Below, one piece after another: positions 54,501 to 64,000 of a stretch of 64,000 bases of DNA. This stretch comes from Oculina patagonica. Taxonomy: Eukaryota. The stretch's first letter is position 1, and every line of letters starts with the position of its first letter. The stretch covers positions 31,992,001 through 32,056,000 of the forward strand of contig NC_135765.1 of NCBI RefSeq assembly GCF_052425735.1, written 5' to 3'. Made by a program: the position numbers and the translations under genes. The notes under the pieces are model-generated. The model saw only the letters and a program-made list of their open reading frames with translations, had not been told where the DNA came from and searched no databases.

Positions 54501-55888
54501 AGCCACTTATGTACAGTAATTATGATCTGCCAGTGAATCCACCTGCGCCTGGAAGGGTATGTACATGCAGTAAAATGGCAAATTCGAAAATGTTCTAATA
54601 AATCGGAACTCAAAACTGCCGAACTTACGCCTTACATGCTTATACACTGTAGTTTGTCCACATGCAGATCCTCCTAAAGTTAGACTTTGGCCTTATAGAC
54701 ATTTTGGACACTCACTTTCACATCCCAGCTAAAAGCCTGACTTCAGCTACAAAGCCTTCTGCACACATTGCTCATCTACAATGCAAGACATTTTGTATTG
54801 CATTGTAAGGAAGCAATGTGTAAGCTTAGTAGTAAAGTAATAGCTATGATGGATATCAGAAACCCATGAGGGTTGAAATGGTAACGCGCGCGCACAGCGC
54901 TTGAATATTCATTTTGCTAAGTACCATATTTGGAAACACGAAGAATTTGTACACGAATGCTTTAAACACGTAATGATACACGCAACAGAATTTTTGGTTT
55001 TGCGGTAAGTTGCTTGAATTTCGACCTAAACACCGTAAATTTCTTACAGAAACTAAAGAAATAGATTAAGTGTATCGAAGCCAAGTCTCCAGGCTACTTC
55101 AAGAAGATGAAACAGGAGAATTAAACCAAATTTAACTTTATTTAACTAAGCTTGTTCAAAAACAAGATTACGCCATCGAGCGTGAGCTAGTGCGCGCTGT
55201 GAATTTAATTCAAATATAGTAATTTTGATTGGTTTAATGTTTCTCGTGATTTTCCAAATATGGTACTTAGTGTAAACGAATGTGCAAACGCTTTGTACAA
55301 TGCGAATCATAGGGAGTAACACGTTTCAACCCTTATGGGTTTCTGTGGATATATAAATTTAGTCACTTACCATAGATAGTATTTCTAGTCTGGACAGTTG
55401 ACTGTTACCCTGGGAGTTCCCCTAAAGCTGATTACATGGGGAGGGTCTGCCTTAAAGGGGTACCTTTTACTGGCTGTAAGTATTTTAAAGAGGTAGGAGG
55501 GGAAACTGTGATTTAGGTATTTAAAAGGGCGTTTCAAATTGATTGATTCATTTAAGTATTTAAGGAGTTATTCAAGTGAAAAATGAGAAAAAAAGACGCA
55601 GTAACCCTTCTGTAGGCATATGAAAGGAGTACCATTTTCTATCAGAGGTATATGAAAGGGTTACTTTTTCTGTCAAAAATGGTATATGAAAGGGTAAGAG
55701 CCTCCATGTATTAAAAATTTTTGAGTAGCCCACTGGGACTGTAACCAAGTACTCTTTGTAATTCATGTGTTATTGTTCTGTGTGTGTGACACCTTGTTTT
55801 TTGTTTCTTTTAGACCTTTACAACTCTCAATGAAAGATTCTCCAGCCTCCCGCAGACAGGACGTGTCAGAACTATTGTTATAGATTAA
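48516..55888 (+). CDS. FYTTD1: UAP56-interacting factor (UIF/FYTTD1)-like mRNA export adaptor, 337 aa, 8 exons
   Basis: Exons 48516-48543, 49702-50129, 50657-50782, 50909-50991, 51237-51290, 51825-51975, 54488-54556 and 55814-55888 (1014 nt). N-terminal UAP56-binding motif IDRSLDDIIK, K/R/Q/G-rich middle and C-terminal TLNERF. Confidence 0.75.
52988..54036 (-). mobile_element. Degenerate Crypton-like (tyrosine recombinase transposon) remnant within an intronic repeat block
   Basis: Minus-strand translation LSKFIYAEF...GYGPESL.VMLTSLERH and, in another frame, KARQVLEAEG..., resembling the N-terminal part of Crypton/DUF3504-type proteins. Frameshifted. Confidence 0.5.
54857..55345. mobile_element. 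MITE with 7-bp TSD and CA...TG ends (P-element-like)
   Basis: tggatat|cagaaacccatgagggttgaaa ... tttcaacccttatgggtttctg|tggatat. Confidence 0.8.
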
Positions 55889-56910
55889 CCTACTTTGTAA
55901 AAAATATTCTTAAATACCGGTAGTTCATTTTTTTAAAATAAAAACTGGTTAATTTAACTGAAAGAATAACATCAATGTACATGTAATAAGTTTTGAAAGA
56001 AGGAGCATTTATATTCAAGGAACTTTGTACATGTAATGCATGGCACTTATAAATCTCGACGAAAAGTTTGTTCGCAGTTTTTTTATCAACCCTATTCTTA
56101 TTAAACCATCCTTACTCCATTTTGTTATATTTCTGCCTCTCCTTTGTGTTTTTATACCTTTGTTAAGTATTATTTTAAGATTTTCTGCAATAATTTTGAT
56201 GGTTACTTCTACATCACCAAAGTGTCTTAATAAATCATAGCACAGCTATCTTTTAATGTGCTTAATTTCCTGTAATCACTTCCAAATCTTGTTCAATTAA
56301 TTTAGAGAGCTCATGATACGAGTACTTGATGAGTATGTGAAATATTTCGAGATCAAAAAGAGAATTAGTTTTTTTCTTTTACTGATAAAACATTGCAATG
56401 TCAATAAATGAACATTAAACATATAAGTGTATAGTTGTGTGTATTTCATTTTCATATTTAATTTTGTATTGGAATTGTTTTTGGCATCAGTCCCTTACTA
56501 CAGTAAACACCCGCGTATAAGAACCTAGTGATTTAAGAACCTACAGGCTGAAATTGGGCATTTTAATACCCAAATATTTAAGAACCTATTTAGGCTGGCA
56601 AAGAACAATAGGTTCTTATACAAAAAAACACTCTTATTTTGTAGCCAAAATACTGGATTTTAATTGATAGAAATTGTGAAATTTCTGAGAAACACCATGA
56701 AAATTATTTGTTTAATTGAAAATCGTTTAAATACAGAGTATAGAATGCTGTATAAAATTATACTGGTGTAGCCTTGGGACTTGACTTGAATCTGTAGAGT
56801 GCCCTGACTTTTGCTCATGTAAAATACACATTACTGCTTGTCTTTTTCATTCCAACTGTAACAGTTTTTTTTTTTTTTTTTTTTTTGCAATAAAAAGCTT
56901 TTTGTAATGT

Positions 56911-58256
56911 AAAGAAGGCTACCTAATCAAACTTCCAAAGAAGGGAGATCTGAAGGAATGTAATATAAGAACTGGAGAGGAATCATGCTGCTATCAACGG
57001 CCGGAAAAGTACTGAATAGGATAATTCTGGAGAGGTTGAAAGTAGAGGTGGACAAACGGTTGAGAGAAGAACAGGCTGGGTTCAGGAAAGATAGGTCATG
57101 CACAGATCAAATTGCTACCCTGAGGATCATCTTGGAACAGTCTTTAGAGTGGAACTCTCCTGTTTATGCGACCTTTGTGGACTATGAGAAGGCATTCGAT
57201 AGCGTTGATAGGGAAGTGTTGTGGAAGCTGCTACGCCACTATGGCATCCCAGAAAAATACATCACTCTTATACAGAAGACCTATGAGAAGTGCACCTGTA
57301 GAGTCATCCACTGTTTGAGATGCTCACTGGAGTGCGCCAGGGTTGCTTGCTGTCGCCCTTCTTGTTCCTGCTTGTCATCGATTGGATAATGCGGAGGACG
57401 ACAGAAAAACATCAGGATGGCACACAGTGGACACTCACGACCCGGTTAGAAGATCTTGACTTCGCCGACGACATTGCCCTTCTTGCACATAACCACAGGA
57501 GCATGCAATCCAAGCTAACAAGACTGGCAAAGATCTCAATGCAGACGGGCCTTAGGATCAGCAAATCCAAGACGAAGGTGATGAGGGTTAACACCAATAA
57601 TGCAGATAGGATAGAACTAGATGAGGATGAAATCGACGAGGTGGAGGACTTTGCGTACCTTGGAAGTAACATCAGCAAGGACGGTGGATCTGATCAGGAC
57701 ATACGAGTGAGGATCGGAAAGGCAAGAACTGCATTCACCATCTTGACACCTGTTTGGAGATCAAAAGTGATTTCCAGAAAGACCAAACTACAGTTATTTA
57801 ATACCAACGTAAAGTCAGTCCTCCTTTACGGCTCTGAAACGTGGAGAGTAACAAAAGCGAACTCCGCCAAACTGCAGACCTTTATCAACAAATTCCTGAG
57901 ATCCATCATGGGCATCCACTGGCCAGAGGTCATAACAAATGAAGAGCTTTGGACAACAACTGAGCAGGAAAGGATCAACATCCAGATAAGAAGGCGAAAG
58001 TGGGGTTGGATTGGGCACACCCTCAGGAAAACAAACTGCAATGTCACCAAACAGGCACTGAGATGGAACCCACAGGGGAAGAGGAGCCGAGGCCGTCCCA
58101 GAAACAGCTGGAGGAGGACGGTAGATGACGAGGCGAGCAAAGCAGGCTACACCTGGAGACAGATTGAAAGACTAGCCCAAAACAGAACACGATGGCGAGC
58201 AGTGGTTTCCGTGGACCTATGCTCCATGGGGAGCGAAAGGGTTTAAAGAAGAAGAA
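56911..58256 (+). mobile_element. 5'-truncated RTE-clade LINE (reverse transcriptase), frameshifted
   Basis: KEGYLIKLPKKGDL, EEQAGFRKDRSCTDQI, FVDYEKAFDSV, GVRQGCLLSP, DFADD, YLGS, WIGHTLR and GRPRNSW, ending in a (GAA)n tail. Short deletion/frameshift at ~57312. Confidence 0.92.
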
Positions 58257-59569
58257 TTGGTGTTAGGGCTTACAATACAAGGAAACAATAAAAGCTAACA
58301 GGAATAAAGAAAAAAAAATAATAAGAAATTATGAAGGTATTTACATGCGTTACAATTTGTTTTACATACAGTGCATACATTTATCATTAAACTTAATTAT
58401 ACAAGGATACAAAGAAAACGTAGAAATAGTAGTATTGAAAAAAAAGATAACGTACTTGTATTTATGAGAAAAAAAAAAACTACAAAAGATTTTCATAACA
58501 GAAAACTTTCGAAGCATAGTTTTTCATCGTGTAAGCATTTACAGAATATAGTGTATTTCGCAATGAGAAGCGTGTAGTTTAAAGAGTACGAGTGCGTCTT
58601 TTTGTCAAGAATTCCATATAAAATCATACTGTTTGATAATGTGATCTTTTCTTTAGTTTTGCTGGACCACCAGTTTTGAAATAAATTCCAAAAAGATAAA
58701 GTTGAAGAGCAATGTAAGAACATGTGATCTAAAGAGTGTCTGTCAGTGAGACATTGAGGGCATAAATCACTATCTGATATTTTGGCTTTAAAAAGGCTAA
58801 CTTTTGTTTGAAGGATATTATGAATAAGCTTATATTGAAACATGGATATCTTTATGTCATTTTTTATCTGGAAGGGTAATTCATAAACTTTGTTTAAGTT
58901 TGCTCGGTTAAAACCGTACCTTAAAATTTTGCTTTCAGCGGTTGGGGGTAAAAATACGTTTTTTAACATAGCGGAGTAGACGTTTTTGGTAGAAATTATG
59001 TTTGTTTTATGATTTCCATTTTCTGCTGTTTCCCGGGGGGTTCTTTTAATTGTTACTTTCCAGTCATTTGGAATGGAATTGATCAATCCAAAATATAAAG
59101 TAAAAGGTGTTTCAAGATGAAATTTTTCGGAGAATTGTTCAAAAGAAAGGAAACTACCATCATTTTGGAGAAGGTCTTTAATACGTAGAATATTTTTTTC
59201 AAACCAATTTTTGTAAAAAGGTGTTTTACCCTCGATTTTTATGTTCCGGTTGTTCCAAATAATTTCGTTGTGTAGAGATGTGTTGTTCTGAAAGGCTTGT
59301 TTTGAGCTCTGCCAATGTTTTAAGACTTCGTGATAGAAGTCTGGGAGGCGGTTAAGTTGCAGCGAGTTGATATCATAATTGCAGTGTGTCAGAAAAGAGA
59401 GGCCTCCATGATATTCTAATGCGCTCTCAGGGATTATCTTCCAGGACGCGTCAGTATTGGTTTGCAAACGCGGTATCCAAGCAACCTTTAAAGCTTTATT
59501 CATGATGTTAAAGTCAGTCATTTTAAGACCGCCGTGTTTTTTTTCACCAATGATAGTTGTGATACCCAA
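58257..59569 (-). mobile_element. 5'-truncated L1/Tx1-like LINE (ORF2 3' region with CCHC knuckle, plus 3' UTR)
   Basis: GGLKMTDF..MNKALK..WI.RL, IWNN.NI, FQYKLIH.IL and CPQC....SLDHMFLHC. The poly(T) at 56864-56886 may be its separated poly(A) tail. Confidence 0.85.
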
Positions 59570-60504
59570 AGAAAATGTTTGTTCTTTCTGTGCTTCATTA
59601 TGACATACTAGTACTACACTAGCTCTCTGAATGGTATCACTATGACAACTCCTACAAATAAGAACCTACTAAGAACCTAATCAGCCTGAGTTCGGTAAAA
59701 CTACCCCAAAATATAAGAACCCATTCAGCCTGAACCCAAAAATTCTAGGTTCTTATACGCGGGTGTTTACTGTAACCCAGTCCCACCAAAAAATATTAGT
59801 TTAAAATAGGTTTTTTCAATCTCGCATCCCGGCACCCTTTTTGGCTGTTTCCCGCCATCCCTCCTTTCTGAGAATCTTCAACCCGATCCCGCCTATTATA
59901 AAACAAGCCCGTTTTCGCTGACGTCTCAATTTATTGAAAAATTTTCCTGATAAAAAGGTAAGCTGATTTCAGACTTTTTTCACCGTGGAAAACATCCTAC
60001 CTAGTGATATGGTAAAAAAGTGGGTCGTACAGCTTGCCCTGTTCACTCGCCACAGTTTAATCACACACCGCGTTGTGACACATGCAAGTCAAACTATTCA
60101 TTTTAGTAAAAATAAGACCTTCGCGGGCACAACGTTCGTCTATCAACAGAGATCAGGTTAACTGAGGTACTTGCCTTTTTTGATCCACCCGCCATCAGTT
60201 TAACATCCCGTGTCCCCCAAGATAGTTTCATCCTGTATCCTGCCCCTATCCCGTATAACGCCTTGATTTTACGCCCTTTCCCGCATCCCGCCAAACCTAT
60301 TTTGGACGACTGATGTCTCAAATAACGGTGACTTCTGTAACTATTAAAGGACCACTCTGACAAACAAGAGCAAATTGCAATTTTTTAAATTTTTTTGTTT
60401 ATTTTCAACCGCTATTTGTTTTGTTTCCTTATTGTCTGCCTATCACGTACCAGTTTTTCATCTTAGTTGTGTTTAAATTTTGTAACCGTTTGTTTCCATG
60501 CTCA

Positions 60505-60618
60505 CTTAGCATTGTATACCCCTGATGAAGGTTGGTTTTGTTCAACCGAAATATTGGGCCAAAATAAATTTATAACATCAGTCCCTAGCTGTTTGATCAG
60601 GCCTGCATTTAAAGTTTG
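60505..60618 (+). repeat. Penelope-like terminal repeat fragment with minimal hammerhead motif (copy 2)
   Basis: ccc-CTGATGA(60522-60528)-a-ggttg...caacc-GAAA-taTT-ggg. Near-identical to 32090-32203. Confidence 0.65.
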
Positions 60619-61177
60619 TTTCAAAAAACACTCATTTACCGATTATTTACAGAGATCATGGACATCATTGTACCTGAGGTCGTGTTATTTGATTATTTGG
60701 GTTTATTTTCCTAATAAAACGTATTTTGTGTTTAATTTTGGGTGAAAATCTAGACAAGGCAAGTGCCTCTTCTTGGCGTTCTTGCCTCTTGCTAGCTACC
60801 TAGTACGGCCGTGATCAGCAGGTTTCAATCAGTTCAGAAAGGAGAGGACGACGGGAATTCCTGGAGGAGTGTTGCGTGACGACACTAAAAACGGCTGCGA
60901 GAGAGACTACCAAATTAATGGCGCCATGGCAAAAAAAAAAAGTTGATAAAAGTTCTTGAAAAGATCGAAGTCTTTCACACTGTATTTTTCCCCGCGAAAA
61001 AGCTTTCTCGGCCAGCCTCAATCCGATACTCTCGACCCAGTCCTTTTCGTGTTCCCTTGGCAACATGGAGGAGTAGGCTGTTCATTTGCTTCTTGTGTAG
61101 TAATTTCACCAGCATAATAACAAGCAATGACAACGTAAAAGTTCCATAAGTGGCTTAACTCCAAGTATTTGTTGAAG

Positions 61178-63827
61178 ATGGCGATGGAAAGGCTAGCAGA
61201 GATTAAAGAGACCCACAATAAAACGATAACAGCGCTGTCATACAACCCGATGAAACATGAGATCTTGGTGGGATTTGAAGGTAAACTAGGAATTTTGTTA
61301 TTTGCTGCAGATGTAAAGGTCTTTTGGTGCCAAATGAGCACTGAATAGTTCTATCCTTTAATCTTTATCCGTGCTGCTATTGTCGTCAAAAAGTTCTCGT
61401 TAAGCTTATGGTTGCATAAACTTGATTGAATCCACTTCGTTTGTTGCATTCCAGTTCACTGCAGTTCATCAGCTGAACTTTGACTTTCCCTGCTGTCTCA
61501 ATTTTGATTGGCTACAAACAGTTATTGCTAGCTTTGCCATTATCTGCATGCACATATGAGTTCAATTCTGTAGACTATTTCATACACAATTATGACATTA
61601 CATCAATTTGATGTGAATTTAGTGTATTTATAAAACTGGCTGCCTCCTGCTGGGACAGTTAAGTTGAGATACCTCAAGAGTCCTCATGGGTCCGATGAGG
61701 AAAAGGAATTAGTAGTACTGCATTAAGTTGCAATAAAATGCTGGAAATTTTGGGCAGAGGAATTAACAATTGAAGAAAAGTGTTTACATGGCCCAACACA
61801 AAGGAAGTTTGGGAAAGAGATGCAGGCAAAGGTTTACAATATTGATGTACTAGTACTTCAGAGTTCTCCCAGTGTTTACATTACACTTTCTAAGGGTCTG
61901 ATTACATGGCGAATTTCAGCCCGGGCTGAAATTTCAACCTGGTTTGCCGGGCTGAGATTTCAGCTCAGCTTCCAAAACAAATCTTCTTGAAAAGACGTTT
62001 GCGATTACATGAAGAAAGTTTCATCCCGGGCCGATTTACAGCCTGGGCTGAGATTTGCAGCCCGGTTTTTGAAACTGGGCTGGAAATCCCAGCCGGGGCA
62101 AACCGGCTGAAAAACCTCATGTAATCGCGTTCAAATTTCAGCTTGGGCTAAAAGTGAGCTTACGGATGCGCAGTGATTATTTTCAACCAAAGAAAATGGC
62201 TGCCCCGATTTGTTTTCAGTTTTAAACGTGTTCAACCCAGACTGAAATTTTCCAGGTAATCACAACAAAATTCCAGCCCAGGCTGAAATTTGCCATGTAA
62301 TCAGGCCCTAAACAAGAAGCAGTCATTTCCAATTTTGTTTAATAAAAGAAAGCCAAAAAAAATGTTGTCTGAACCAATTGTTTATATAGCAACAAACACC
62401 CATGCCAGAAAAGAAACTTCAGTAGTGATAAAATTTATTGTTTATGATCTGTAAGCATGAAATTTTTTTGATATTTTAAATACTAGATGGATTTATCAAA
62501 GTCTGGGATTACTCAACGGGTGAACCAGGAAAAATGCTGCGCTCTGTTAGAGAACATGATGGCTGGGTTACAAGCTTCTTATTCTGGTTAGTAAGGATGC
62601 AAAAAAATAATAATAATAAAACAATTTTAAGGCTTGGTCCTTGACAAAGAAAGCTGATAACTCAAGATTTAAGTGAGATTTCATAGATACACCAAAATTC
62701 CTGTTTTGAGCAATGGCCACTTTTGTTGTTCTTGTGTACTTATAGGCAATAATATTTTTTTTCTTACAGTAGCTCTCTCTACCTAGATGTATAAAAAGAC
62801 CAACAAAATGATCACAATTGCCTTTAAATTTGTCTCAAAACTTGTACTCTCTGGTGTCATGCACTAGATTCCAATTCAAACTCAAGTAATAATATTACTA
62901 ATAGTACATGTATATGAAATGTGACAAGTGTTAAAAGTGTGTTATTGTTTTGCTTTATGTCAACAGGGGTGATGCAAAACTGCTCTTTTCAGCAGCCAAT
63001 GATGGCACTATTATTGCGTGGGGCTCTGGTGGTGCAGTGCATGATAGGATTCCAGTAAGCTATTACAGTACTGTACTGTGCCATACCATTGCCACTAAAT
63101 AAAACCTCTTCATATCAGCTTGGTTGAATGGGCTGGCCTGGTTACCAAGATCTAGCCTCACTCCTGTTTCCATTGTTAAAATTTTGTTTTGTTCATATGA
63201 GAAGGCGGGTCAGCCCGGTTACAGAGATCTCATTTTTATTTACAACTAAGATCTCAGTAACTGGGATAAAATATTTTCCCCATGTGAACACTGTATTCCA
63301 GCCTGAGTAAGCAGGATGAAACTTTCTTTAACAAAATAGCTTTGCTCTCACAATGGGGCAGTCAAAATGACATAATTTTGCCTTGTATTTCCACTTCACA
63401 AGTATTAAGCTTTAGGAATGTTATAAGAGTCAACAAAACTACGATATCGATGATTGTGAATTATACAACTTCATAAATTATTGCACCATTTTGGTTTTGT
63501 TTCTTGGATTTCATTCTGGTCAATCGGGCTGAAATTTCCCATATGAACAGACAACAAAATTTGCCCTGGAAACTGAGCCAGCCCAGTTACTGGGCTCATG
63601 TGAAGAGGCCCTTTGTGCGTGAAACTTGAGTAACTGGATTATTTTCTATCCCAAAATTTGTATTTTGCTCTCTCATCAAGCGAACTTGTGACAACACAAA
63701 GTTACTTTGTTTTCTTAATTGTTCTAGATTGGTTCTCCAGTATATTGTATGGCATGGAATACAAGAAGAAATCAAATAGTAGCTGCCGTGGATTCGACAG
63801 TTCAAGTGTTTAATATGAGGGATCCAG
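61178..63827 (+). CDS. WD40-repeat protein, first 4 exons (continues beyond the window)
   Basis: Exons 61178-61280, 62487-62586, 62967-63054 and 63728-63827 are in frame: MAMERLAEIKETHNKTITALSYNP...GFEDGFIKVWD...EHDGWVTSFLFW...LLFSAANDGTIIAW...VYCMAWN. None appears in the ORF track. Confidence 0.85.
61894..62308. mobile_element. Harbinger-like MITE in WD40 intron 1
   Basis: taa|gggtctgattacatggcgaatttcagcccgggctg ... ccaggctgaaatttgccatgtaatcaggccc|taa, with cagcccgggctg palindromes. Confidence 0.85.
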
Positions 63828-64000
63828 GTAATTTCTTAAGAATATAATGCATTTTGTTAAAATAATAAAATATCCTTTCATAACTGTTTACAATTTTCAC
63901 AACAATGTTATCTTTATATGCTGTGCATGTGGAGTCACACACATTGACTTAATTGTTATGCACACTGTCAGACTGGAGATTGAAAGGGTCATGAGCCCTC

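Larger units (their letters stand above)
56501..59772. mobile_element. Tc1/mariner-pogo-like MITE interrupted by LINE fragments
   Basis: ta|cagtaaacacccgcgtataagaacctag ... ctaggttcttatacgcgggtgtttactg|ta, with taagaaccta subterminal repeats in both halves. Confidence 0.85.

Overview
AT-rich, intron-containing animal genomic DNA. The repeat families and gene content suggest a cnidarian, probably a stony coral (inference). Eight host genes were reconstructed by hand from GT-AG splice sites: the 3' part of an anion-selective Cys-loop (GABA/glycine-like) receptor (+), a TMTC-type O-mannosyltransferase (-), TEN1 (-) head-to-head with a beta-carbonic anhydrase (+), an SLC16/MCT transporter (+), a 1413-aa beta-helix/Cys-rich/multi-TM orphan membrane protein (-), a UIF/FYTTD1-like mRNA export adaptor (+), and the 5' exons of a WD40 protein (+). 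Transposons are dense and often nested. The most notable is a young 6.06-kb Sola3-type element (TTAA target, GAG...CTC ends, 1389-bp TIRs). Its transposase appears to lack the catalytic core yet keeps an open, spliceable 473-aa frame, and its left TIR shows a template-switch footprint that seems to have lengthened it. Also present: two Penelope-type minimal hammerhead ribozyme motifs, a MITE>L1/Tx1>RTE nest, a Crypton-like remnant, a tRNA-derived repeat and many MITEs. Exon models and family assignments come from manual reading and recalled motifs; no database search was run.
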